Below, in pieces: positions 1 to 12,000 of a DNA stretch of 64,000 nt. The stretch comes from Heteronotia binoei. Its lineage: Eukaryota. Below the pieces are notes generated by a model. That model was not told where the DNA came from and ran no database searches. It worked only from the letters and a program-made list of their open reading frames with translations. Position 1 is the stretch's first letter. Each line of letters opens with the position of its first letter. The stretch spans positions 45,322,001 through 45,386,000 of the forward strand of contig NC_083236.1 in the NCBI RefSeq assembly GCF_032191835.1, read 5' to 3'. A program made the position numbers and the translations under genes.

Positions 1-872
1 CTGGAACTGTGTTCCTGCTCAAAAAAAGCCCTGGTAGAAAGTGTGATTTATGGCAGCAGCACACTCTAGGATGTTGTATATTGTGAACTTAATCTGTGCA
101 AGTTGTATTGTGTGGAAATTGACTGTGTTCAATAACCAACACGGTAAACTGATACAAGTAATATACAAGTCCATACATAGATACTGGCATTGTATAAACA
201 CAGGTGTGTGTGTTGTTTATACAGCTTTCTGTACCCCATGGTCTGTTTATTGTCTAAATTATTAATTATATTATCTGTTATTTATCTGTATCATGGTTTA
301 CCATGTCCTGTTAGCCGCCCTGAGCCTGCCTAGGCGGGGAGGGCGGGGTATAAATAAAAGTTTATTACTTATTATTATTATTATTAGGTGGATTGCTAAT
401 GGACTTGGGGGCTGGCTAGCCTAACTCAGCTTTTGCCTGGAAGACACCATCTTGGCCCAGTTTTGTCTCTACGTCTGCTTTGCTCATGCTGACAAGTGGC
501 AAAGATGGAATCGGGGACCTTCTGCCCCTGACTGAAGCCCTGAGGAAAGGCGAGGGAGGGGCTGGCAAAAATTTACCTTCTTTCCCCATTAACAGAAACT
601 CACTGCTAGAGCCAACCCATTCAGTTCAGATCCCAAACCATGCTCCTTTTCCAGCCACTCTCCACTTAAGGAACTTCACTGCTGTATTCAGCACTGGCAC
701 GTGACCCTGAGTCAGTCATATGCTCTCAGCCTAATCTACCTCGCAAGACTGTTGGGAGGATAAAATGGAGACAGGGAGACCATTGCCATCTGCTTTGGGT
801 CTCTACGGCAGCGCCACTACAGAGCAGGGTAATGCCCTTGTCCTGATAGGAGGCACTCTTGGAAAGGATCAG

Positions 873-878
873 TTTATT
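873..878 (-). terminator. Probable E2F4 poly(A) signal AATAAA (3' UTR about 2.1 kb)
   Basis: TTTATT on the + strand at 873-878, preceded on the mRNA by a U-rich, repeat-free stretch. Cleavage site not verifiable. Confidence 0.6.
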
Positions 879-2965
879 CATTCATTCATTCAAAAAAACA
901 AACAAACCCCACTGTACAAATATTACAGGCAAGTTTCATTTTTTGCTGCAAAAAAAGTATAAAAATAATCTTTATATAGGAATCAAAATTCACTTTTCCC
1001 ATTGTACATCTCTCTAGGTATCTTCTTTTCCAGACGTCATCTAACAGATCGACAGCACGGATAAGCAAAAGGGGGAGGGACTGCTATCAGAGCCACTCCA
1101 TCACACACAAAGGTCAAGGGACGCAAGTGAACAACCAAACGAGGCAGCAGGGGGAGCCACTTAGCTTCCTAGAGGCATGGGGGTGTGGGAGCAGAGACAC
1201 ACACTCAGAAAAGCCCAGAAAAAGCCAAGCAGCTGTTTCACAAGCCTCTAAGCCTCTGGAAATAGTAACAAGCTTCTATTCTGGAGGGCTGTGTGCAGCA
1301 AAAGGTAAACCCCCTGCGAAAGACAGAGGCGTGCAGGCCTGTAGTTCACCACTTCCAGCAAGTAGGACTAGAATTGCAATGTTATGCAGAGTTACTCCAG
1401 TCTAAGCCCGTTATAACTGCAACACATCTGAGATAGGAACAACTCTGCAAAGGATTGCATGTTCTCCCCACAACGAAGGGCCAGCACTTCTCTGCAACAG
1501 AAAAGCACTCCCTGGTCCTGGGGATGGTGTAGATGCAAACCCACCTGCAGTCCCTAAACATATTGACAGGCCCAGCAAGGCTCACTGAAGTTGGACTTCA
1601 TTCCACAGAGCAAGGTTTGGGGGGAAGCTCTTTAGCTGCTGCGACTCTTCTACTGCTGGGAAGCGGATAAACCTCTAAGGGCTGGGGCGTGAGAGTTTTT
1701 CGCTGCAGGGTTAAGAGCAGAGAGGAAGCGATGATTCAGCTGCCCGAGGGAGGGACTTCCAGAAGTGCAAAAGGGAGATTTCTCATTCTCCCTTCAGATG
1801 ATCAACCAGGGGGTAAAAACCTAAAACATCTGCAACCAGAAGGTACAGGAGAAGCCTAAGAAAGGGAGAGAGACGCTAGCGCAGCAACATCGCTCAGTCT
1901 GAAGTGTGGTGAGGGAATACTTAGCACACTTAGCAAAGCAGTTCTGCAGCCCTCAATTTCACTCCGCCACCACAGCCCAGGCTCAGCACCTAAGTATTGT
2001 CCTCAGGCTGACCAGGTAAGCTATGGAATACCACCACCAGCTTCTGCTGTACAGCTCAGGGCCTGGCAGGGCACAGCTTGCAGCTTTTTTGCAGAAAGGT
2101 CCCAAAGAGACATTTCCTTGCCAAATACGCCAGAGCTGCAATTCAGAGTAATCCATTTCTCAATTATGTCTCTTCGGAGGAAAGTGACTGTGCAAAGATG
2201 GATTCCCCCCCCCCCTTTTTTTTTGTTCACCTACACAGCTAGAACACAACTGCTCCACTCACGGAGGCCTTCTGAGCAATACAGATCGCTATGCCTTGAA
2301 ATAAAGAGGGACTATACTCTGAAAGGCCGCCTTCAACCACCTGCCCTACAGGAAAACCAATGCCAAGTGAGGCTGCCGGGATCTATCTGGCATCAGCCTC
2401 CCGCCCCCCTCACTGCACAAAAAAAAGTATGATTGCCAAAGAAAGCGCAGTCACGTTAGCGACAAGGACAAAGTACGAGATGGGCTGACCCTTTGCTCTC
2501 CCAAGCGCACCGGACTGCGGATCAGCCCCCTCAGGTTCTTAATACAAAAGTGTCTCCAGGAGTGCAGGAAAGCCAAAAGCGGGCAGGTGAACCTGAGAAA
2601 GCTCTTCAGCTCGACAGGAAGATTCGATAGCAAGTCCATCTGGGATGGAGGCCTGGGATCCAGGGAAAGGCCAGCGAGAATGGAGGTTAAAAAAAAATCA
2701 GGGACGTGGCCCGTGTGATGTGGGAAAGGGAGAAGTCCCAAATAAAGAGGCTGCCAAGCCTTGGATGGAAGGAAGGAAGTCCGCCCTCTCAGTCTCACAT
2801 TCAAACTACAGCAGCTCAGGTGAGTCACTCAAGCAACTAGCAAAAAAATAAAGGAATCCCCAAACCGCAAAGGGGCTTTTCTCCCCCCATAGACAGTTTC
2901 TTTTTATAAAAAATATATATGTGTATCAGCGCATCCCAAAGTCCATCCAGACAGCCACCCAAGAG

Positions 2966-3081
2966 TCAGAGGTTGAGGATAGGCACGTCGAAAAGGTCAC
3001 ACACCCCTTCGCTCTCGTCCAGGTTGTAGATGTAGTCGTGGTCTCCAGGAGGCGGGGAGAGGCGCAGCAAGGGAGCGAACA
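2966..3081 (-). CDS. E2F4: E2F4 coding exon 10 ([38 protein letters not shown])
   Basis: GGACAG| acceptor; TGA at 2966-2968. Confidence 0.97.
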
Positions 3082-6000
3082 CTGTCCAAAAAGAAAGTGA
3101 GAGTCAGGAGGGCCAGAGTATATGAGGCTCTCTCTAAAGCTGCGATCTGCACCATGGCACCTACGGCTTGCCAATGTATTCTGCAGCGCCCGCTTCTGCA
3201 GTCTGAGCTTTCCTCCACCTTGCTGGAACAGAAGGGGCATTAGGAGAGCCCAGGAGACCTCCCCTTTGGGCCTGCAGTGAGTACCCATTCAGAGGCAGCT
3301 GGCCTCCACCATCACAGGCACCTTGGCTTGGAATCTCCCAATGCTTAGCAAGTAGCCCCGCCCCCTTTGGCAGCCATTTTGTGGTGGCACCTACTTAACA
3401 TTCTCAAAATTCCAAGAGTGCCCATAAGCTCCACACATTTTGGGTATCCCTGGCTTCAGCCTTACCTTCGGAGGACATTAGCTCTTCAAGCAGCTCAGAA
3501 TTCATGCACTCTGTGTGAGAGAAAGAGAAACATTAGGCTTCCATACTCTGCCACTGGCTTCCCAGCCAGGGCACCTCTGTTTTCACTTCCCCTTTACTCT
3601 GCCCCATGATTCAGGGCCGCTTCCCATTTTCAACTAAGCACATTTGTTAAAATTTATTTGTTTCATTCATTTACACGGGCCCCCTTTCTCCTCAATGGGG
3701 ACCCAAGGTGGTTTATGTCATTCTCCCAATCTCCATTTTAACCTCACAACAACCCTGTGAGGTAGGCTGGGCTAAGTGTGCCTGGTCCAAGGTCACCCAG
3801 TGAGCTTTCACAGCACAAGTTGGACTCACAGGTACTAGCCTGAACACTGTTTTAAAATTTTTAATAATTTTGTCTCTGTGCATTTGTGTGTATGAATGCC
3901 TGAAAGTTGTGGCTGACTTCTGGTAGCCCCTAAAGGGGCTGGAAGGCAAGGACATTCAGAGAGGAGGCTTGCTATTGCCTGCCTCTGTGTCCCAGCCCTG
4001 GTATTCTCTGGAGGTCTCCCTTCCAAATACTTGCCAGGGTTGGCCCTGTTTAACTTCTGAGATCTGATGAGACTGGGCTTGCCTGGGCTATCCAGGTCAG
4101 GGCCTAGCCCAGCACTCCTAACCACTACACTATGCTGACTCTCATTTTAACCGTAACTAAGCATTTGGAGAGGCTGTGCGGGGCAAGCATCAAATGCAGG
4201 CAGAATGGAGTATGCATAGCTGCTTAAGGTCACTGTGGACTCACCTTGGGCGCCTGCTTCCTGCCCTGATGCTGCTAAGCTCCAACAGATGCCAAGTTTG
4301 TAAAAGACAAACAGAATAGCTCCACGGAGCCTCTTGCCCAGCCAAAGCTTTGGTTTCAGTACGGAAGAGCACAAAGTTCATTCTGGGTGATCGAAGTTGA
4401 AAAGAAGGCCTACAAACCTCTCCCAGCACATTAAAACTTATATAGCGGTAGCTAAAGTTTATTAAACCTTTGTTACTGCAGGACAAACTTTAATATTTAA
4501 GGAAGCCTGTACTGACTGATAAAATACCTGTGGGAAGGGGACTGTTGGCATTTCTGAAATTAGCTATATTTAAACCTTACTGCAGTTCAGCAGCATTGCT
4601 GACTAGCCCAATCTTGTCAGATTTTGGAAGCTAAGGAGGGTCAGCCCTGGTTAAGCCTCAGATGGGAGACGGCAAAGGAAGCCCAGGGTTGCTCTGCAGA
4701 GGCAGGCAACAGCAAACCACCTCTGAATGTTGCCTTGAAAACCTTACAGGAGTCGCCATTAGTCAGCTGCACCTCTGACAGCACTTTATTATTATTACAA
4801 TGCAACGTACGGTTCAATATATAAGTCATCCTTGCCCTGACCTGGACAGCCCAGGCAAGCCTGATCTTGTCAGATCTCAGAAACTAGGCAGGGCCGACCC
4901 TGACAAGTACTCAGAAAGAAAACCTCCAAGGAATATCAGGGCTGGGACATAGAGGCAGGCAAATATCAAGCCACCTCTCTGAAATGTCCTAGCACCATTA
5001 GGGGCCACCAAAAGTCACCTTGACTTCCAGGCACACAAGCATGCGCACATAAAATTGAAAAAATAAATACTTAAACCATCCTTTACGGATTCATTTTTTA
5101 ATATACACAGGATAGTAACTACAGACTAAATTGTTTTAAAACTGGCTCCAGCCCCATGATACGATATATATTTATTTAGAACGTGTGGGATTGACTAAAG
5201 TGATGCCTGGAGTTTATTTAATAAAAACTGGAAGAAAGCCTTCCAAAATGCAAGTAGAGACAAATGAAACCTACTTACTTAAAAAAAAAAGATGTCTGCC
5301 TATGTATTTCAAGTCTTGCTGTGTGAATTGATCAGAGTTAAGCAGGGACAGTAACAGAACTGGCTGTTAATCCATAAGTATCCAGCAGAGGCCGCTCTGC
5401 TGCAAGACTCTCCCCCCCCCAAAGCAACATCCCATTAAAGGCTTTGGTTTGAAGGGCAATCCCTCAATATGTGTGTGTGCATGAAAGCTCACACCCAGAA
5501 TTAAACTCTGTTGGTGCTAAAGGTGCCACTGGACTCAAAAACTTTGCCCTCTAGGGTTTCTATGGAAATGGCATTCCATACACACACACACCGATGGAGA
5601 GCACAAACAGTCCTGGCAGACGGGTTCTTTCATGCTGTTCAAGAAAAGAAAAGCAAAAATATGATTCTGCAACGTACCTCTCGTTGGATCGAACATCTCT
5701 GAAAGCTCTTTGGGAAGCTCCAGTACTGAAAGACAGAAGAGACAGCTTAGGTTGTTGTGCAGTACCAATAAACTCCCATAACAGTGCAATCCCCATGGGA
5801 TTGGGTACCCCCTGCATTGGCAATTGAAGAACGCTTTGCTACAGTGGCAGATTAGGCCGTTTCAGCCACAGTTGCACAGGCCACTAAAGGCATGTCTACA
5901 TTGCAGATTGAAAGCAGGTTATATACGGCTTTCAGTGCTGCCAGAAAATCGTAATGCAAGCAGGTGTTCCTTCTCCCAAGGCAACCTAGGAACTGTACTT

Positions 6001-9000
6001 TTTAGCATTAGAGATGCTCAGCAGAATACTATCAACACCCTCTCCAACCTAAATTCCTAGGATAATTGTGAGGTTCTATTTTTTTTAATCAGCTTCAGAT
6101 ACATCTGAAGCACAGATACATCTGAAGTCACCTTCAGTATTCTAGAAGCAGCTTCTCTATACCCACAGAATTTTGCAGTTAGGGAAGCCGGCTACTCAGT
6201 AGTTCTTCATGCCTAGCTTCAGATTCAGCTGGACTCCCTCCCTGACCCCTTTCTTCAGATTACTGCTATCGTAGGGGTTGAGAGAGGGACAGCCAGAGTG
6301 GGGCTGGGGCAGGAAGAGTAAGATTTGAGAGGATCCAAGTTCAAATTCATATGCTGCCGCCATGGAAGCTGAATGACCTTGGGCCAGTCACCTTCTCTTA
6401 GCCTAACCTCACAGGGCTGTTGTAAGGATAAAGCGCAGAAGAAAGACTGATGTATGCCCTGAGTTCCTTGAAGAAAGGATGGAATCAAAATGTCCTGGAG
6501 AGGGAACCAGCGCCTAGGCTCCCTTCTGTTGGGCCTGAAGCCAGGCCCTGCTGAGCAAAACAGCATTTTTACATTACATTTCAACTGCAGTGGCAAATTT
6601 TTAAGTACTAATCTGGGAGGCTATTTCTAGCTTTAAAAGAACAATTTATAAAAAAGATATAGGTAAATGACCGGCCCTTGCCCCAGACAGAGATTTCAAC
6701 ACTTTGGGTGATACCAAATGGAATCTATGCCTTGGGAAAAAAAAGATGCAACTGATTTTCTTGAACAAACATCAAAAGAATTACATAATACTTTTAAGGA
6801 GAACTTTGTGAATTCCATTTCTGCCATATGCAACAAACAAAGCCTCCTGGCAACGCTATTTATTTATGGAGTCTTTATGTGTTTCAAAGAGAGGGGTCCT
6901 CCCCAGATCATGCTGCAGTTCAGCAGCAAACAAAAGTGAAACAGCAGGCAAGAGAAGGCACATGCCCCTCAGTTCCCCCAAGGCAGTGGGTAGATTTGAG
7001 TGTTACCCTCCCGATGAAGTATATAAAGAGTCCCTTCCTCCTGTTTCACAATCCCAAGAGTAACAGGCAGAAGGCACCGCAGATAGTTTCAGGCAGTCAC
7101 TTACCACCATCCCCTGCACACACGCACATACACACGCTCTTTCATTCACTTTGCCTTTCTTTGCATTCTAGGAAAAGAAGAGGAGCCATCAAGCATGTGT
7201 GTCTGCCTTATGAAAAGGTATCTAAGCTGCTCTGATAGCAGTTACCTTTGCCTATTAGTAAGGAAAAAATAGCTGCCAAGGCAGAGCTGCTCTGAAAAGG
7301 CTTAGGGATGCCGCCCACACTCAGGACAGGACTGTGTATGGTGCTGTTTCTTCCTTTTCCATGGAAACACAGGGAAAGGCAGGGGGCAGGAGTTAAGCCA
7401 ATCCCTGTAAGCCTCTGCAGTGCCCTCTGCCTGTCCCAGCCAATGGTGGAGGGGATTCTACAACATCACACTTGCAGGCAATACTCTCATTCACAGGCTA
7501 AAGTGTGAAGAGAGTCTTAACTCTCGCTGCAGCTTCTGGAAGATGAGCCTGCTTCAGCGGGGAGGGCGGGATACAAATTAAAGATTATTATTATTATTAA
7601 GAAGGAGAGAGAGAGATATGTGGAGTGTGCTAGCTGTAGCTCGCTGACCAAGATCCAAAGTTTTCCTGCCACAGCAGACTTGGAATTTTCTACAGAATGT
7701 GATGTAGCCGAATTTCATAAAAATGGTACATAAACTGGATCAGAGCAAGGAAAACAGCTGAAAGAGGGACCATCATGTGACATTCCTGGAACACCTGAGC
7801 TACTTCCCCGCCCCCATCTATAGCTGGCAAATTCCTGCAGGATTTGAGGATGGTGCCTGGGAGGGACATGTGCAGGAAGGGAAAGGAGCTCTGTGATAAG
7901 ATACCATAGAGTCCAGTCTCCAAAGCTGCCATCTCTTCCAGAAGAACTGTATTCTGGAGAACAGTTGAAATTCCAGGAGTGGAAACTCCAGGCCCGACCA
8001 GGAGAATGGCAACTCTACCCTCATGCCTCCCCAAAAGCCCCAACAAGAGAGACTCACTTTCTGTGGGGTCTGGTTTGATTGGCTCAAAGGAGGATGAGGG
8101 ACTGGGCAGGACGGAGCTGCTGTCCAGCAAGGCGGAGGACTGGAGGGGCTGTGTGTCCAGCCCGGCCGGAGGGCTAGTGGGAGCTGTCGAAGGGGTGAGC
8201 GAGTCCAGGTCCCTGCTGCTTCTAGATTCTGCAGTCGAGATGCCGCTGTCTGCAAGGGATCAAACACAGCTTTAGTTCCGTCATCACATCAGGGCTTCCA
8301 CACTCCATCAACTATTATTACTGACAATTGTCAATGTAACTCAAGGCCAATTACACACAGAGTCAAAACAATCAACAGGAGGCACATTCAATAAACAAAG
8401 CAGTAAGATCAGGGTTGCAGAACCAATCAGAAACCTAAAAACAGAACTGAAGCAAAGCATTAATGAGACGTGTTAAATGGTGCAAACATTACACAGTAGG
8501 GTTTTAGTTTCAGCAAGGTAAACACAGTATAGGCCACTGTCTCTAATAGTTCATCAAAGTAACTTTGTGAATCATTTAGTTCAGTGACTCTCCACCGCCT
8601 ATGTAGAAAGGCCCTCTTGAATGATTTTGTTTTGCATAGCTTACAGAAAGCCAGAGAACCTTCCTGACCTCCTCTGGCAGGTCACTCCACAAGGTGGGGG
8701 CCACAACGGAGAAGTCCTGCATATGAGGCAAGATGTCAATTTTGCTCATTTGCAGGCTGTCACTTACAGAAGACCTTGCTCCAATGAATGAAACTGTCAT
8801 GGAGCTGGGCACCCTACCATGGAGAAGGCACCCTGACAAAAAATTCATGTATCAGGGTAAAGGCTAGTCTTTTGAAGGGGTACAACCCAAACACAGGCTT
8901 GCCATGTGAATAAGCCTTACATTAGAACTTACATAACAACATAACTTACAGAATAAACCTTACATAAGAACATAAGAGAAGTCATGTTGGTCAGGCCAAT

Positions 9001-12000
9001 GGCCCATCCAGTCCAACACTCTATATCACACAGTGGCCAAAAGAAATAGCCAAGTGCCATCAAGAGGTCCACCAGTGTGGCCAGAAGCCCTCCCACTGTG
9101 CCCCGCCAAGCACAAGAATACAGAGCATCACTGCCCCAGACAGAGAGTTCCAACAATAAGCTGTGGCTAATAGCCACTGATGGACCTCTGCTCCTTTCTG
9201 TGTATCTTACAATACCAGAATTATACACAAGAAGGTGGCTGTTCTTTTATTACTAGTTTGAAGGCAGGAAAACTAGGCAATCTGATAAAATCTACATAGT
9301 CAGTGGACTCCCCATTTAAGCAGAAAAACAAAACTTTATAAATTAACTGAAGAGATGAGGACTGAGTGTGCTCAGACTGGCACATGATGTCGACAGCAAG
9401 GGAAGGGGCTAAAGAAACCAACCTGCTTAACCCCCTCTTGTAGGCCGTTAGACAAGAGATCTGTGTGCATAAGAAGGGAATTGCCACATGGTTTATTCCC
9501 CCTCCCACTGGGACTCTTCACTGACCCTCCCCCAGCTTGCACGTTTGCAAATTAGTGATTTTTTTCCCTGGTAAATTAGAGTCCTCCACCTCAGAAGGTG
9601 AAGGATGCCAGTATGAAAATCAGTCTTAAAGTGGTTAACAGAGAGGCTCCTATTGGGTTAGATGTCAGGACAGCAGACAAAAGCAGGCAGTGGATTGCTT
9701 AACACATTCCAAGAGCTAAGAGTGGGAGTCTGCAATTTAATCCTTGAAAGAACACACAAGGTGTATGGTGCAAAACAAATATTTGCCCGAGGCCGACCTT
9801 TCTTGCTGTATTGCGGAAGCAAAGCCTTCCTTCAGGAAGCAGGTTAAGAGCAGCCATTCAGGGCAGACAGGCAAATCCCAAGGCACTAGGTCGAAAGATA
9901 CTGAGTAAGAACATGAGAGAAACCATGTTGGATCAGGGCAATGGCCCATCCAGTCCAACACTCCGTCACACAATGGCCAAAAAACCAAGGTGTATTACTG
10001 AGCAAATGCAAGTGCTTTCCTCTCTAACATCACCCCGGCAGCAGGAATTGGATGCCAACATTTCTGGTCCCACAGACATCCAGCCAAAGATTTTACCACC
10101 AAGGTCTGCATACAACTGCACGGCTGCCAGGTATTGCAAAGCTCAAATCCTGCTTGTGCTTCCACAATTCCAATCTCCACCTGCACCTCCTGCTCACCTG
10201 TGGTGCTGGGTGTTTTCTGAGCAGCAGGGTTCTGGTCCTGAATGCTGTTGGGCCCAGGTGCGGAAGGGTGTGTGCCACTGGGAAGGGATGCTTCTTGAGA
10301 GTGGGACTTGGAAGGAGTAACTGGCCGGCACTGAATAAGGTCTTCTGGGGGAGGGACAGGTAGTACTACTGGAGGAGAGCTCCAGACGTCCTTATTGACG
10401 AGCAGGACGTCGATTGGACCGCTTGTACTCTTCAGGTGGATCTGGTATTTCTTTTGCCCGTTCAAGCCCTGCGGAAGAAGGAGCAGAAGAACCTTTGGAA
10501 TAACACTGACAGACACAACCACACGTAAAACTAACTTAGACAGAATCAGACCATTGGTCCATCAAGGTTAGTATTGTCTACTCAGTCTGGTAGTGGCTCT
10601 CCAGGGTCTCAAGCAGAGATCTCTCACATTACCTACTACCTGATCCTTTTAACTGGAGATGCCAGGGATTGAACCTGGGACCACCTGTACGTCAAGCAGA
10701 TGCTCTTCCCCTGAGTCATAGGCCCTCTCAATTGACGTCCCAAACTCCAATCACACCCTATAGTTGTCACAAACATCGCTTTTTTGTAGCAGGAATTCCT
10801 TTGCACATTAGACCACACCCCCTTGATGTAGCCAATCCTCCAAGAGCTTACAGGGCTCTTAGTACAGGGTCTACTGTAAGCCCCAGGAGGCTTGGCTACA
10901 TCAGGGGTGTGTGGCCTAATATGCAAAGGAGTTCTTGCTACAAAAAAAGCCCTGAAAGCTGCCCGGAGGGCTACAAGACATCCCCCCCAACACAACACCC
11001 CCTTCCTGGAGCTCATAGAGAGACATTTTTGGAGTGGCAAAAGATCGAAAACTGTTTTCCACATGCTTAGCCATCAAACACCCAGTCCAATTCCTCCCCT
11101 ATCACATTACGCTCCACTTTCACCATCTTTTTATGACAGCTTTAGCTGGCTGGAGATATGGGTACCACTATGGGTTCCTGATAATGCTGCCTTCAGCATT
11201 CTAGCAATGAAAAGAGAAAATTGGGGGGGGGGGGGAGGACTCTCCTTTACTGGCTGGTGGAAATGTTTTCTTATTGTAACACTGTTGTGACTTCCTCTGG
11301 AGAGAATGGCAGGGCATAACTAATGGTCTAAACAAGGGGTGGCTTAACATGCTTAAAGTAAGAACCACACAGAATAAACGTCAGAGGTTTGAGAGCTGCA
11401 AGACATGAACATCAGGAGGGAAGAGAGGAAGGAAAATAGATGGAGGGAGAGAGGGGGGAAAGCAAGCAACTTTAACTCTCAATGCATTCTCTATGCCGAC
11501 AACTGGCTTGGCTTGGAGAAGCGATTTAAAGAGAGAAATGCCTTCTCAAAGCCAGCCAACAGGGTGATGGGGGCTTCTGGAACCACACAATATGTGTAAA
11601 CGCTCCACATGTGGCTCCCAAGCTGTAGTTTGGCCACTCCTGGTCTAAACAATTACCATCATACGATTTTAAAGTGATGGTGTTAGGATAGCAAGAGCCA
11701 GCCAAGCTTTCTGGCCTCAGCAAAAAAACTCCCAGCATCGCCTCTTTTCAACCAAGCACCTATCCTGCGCAACCCACCTCGGGAACAGGAACTTCTAGCT
11801 GGGTACCCGATGGAGCTCGAATGGCTAGCAGCGTGTCACCTGAAATGAGAGACCGGAGACAGCCATCAGCAGGCTGAGCTAGTCTGGGAAGAGAGCGCGG
11901 ATGCCACACAACACACAATCTCACAGGGAAGAGCCCTGCCTGTACTTTTCCCTAACCTCATTTTTCCAAAACATCAAAATGACACTTTGAGGGCCCTCTT

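Noticed and set aside
4832-5010. 5S rRNA gene
   Set aside because: Diverged 5S-like head fused to a SINE body, with many dispersed copies; not a functional 5S gene.
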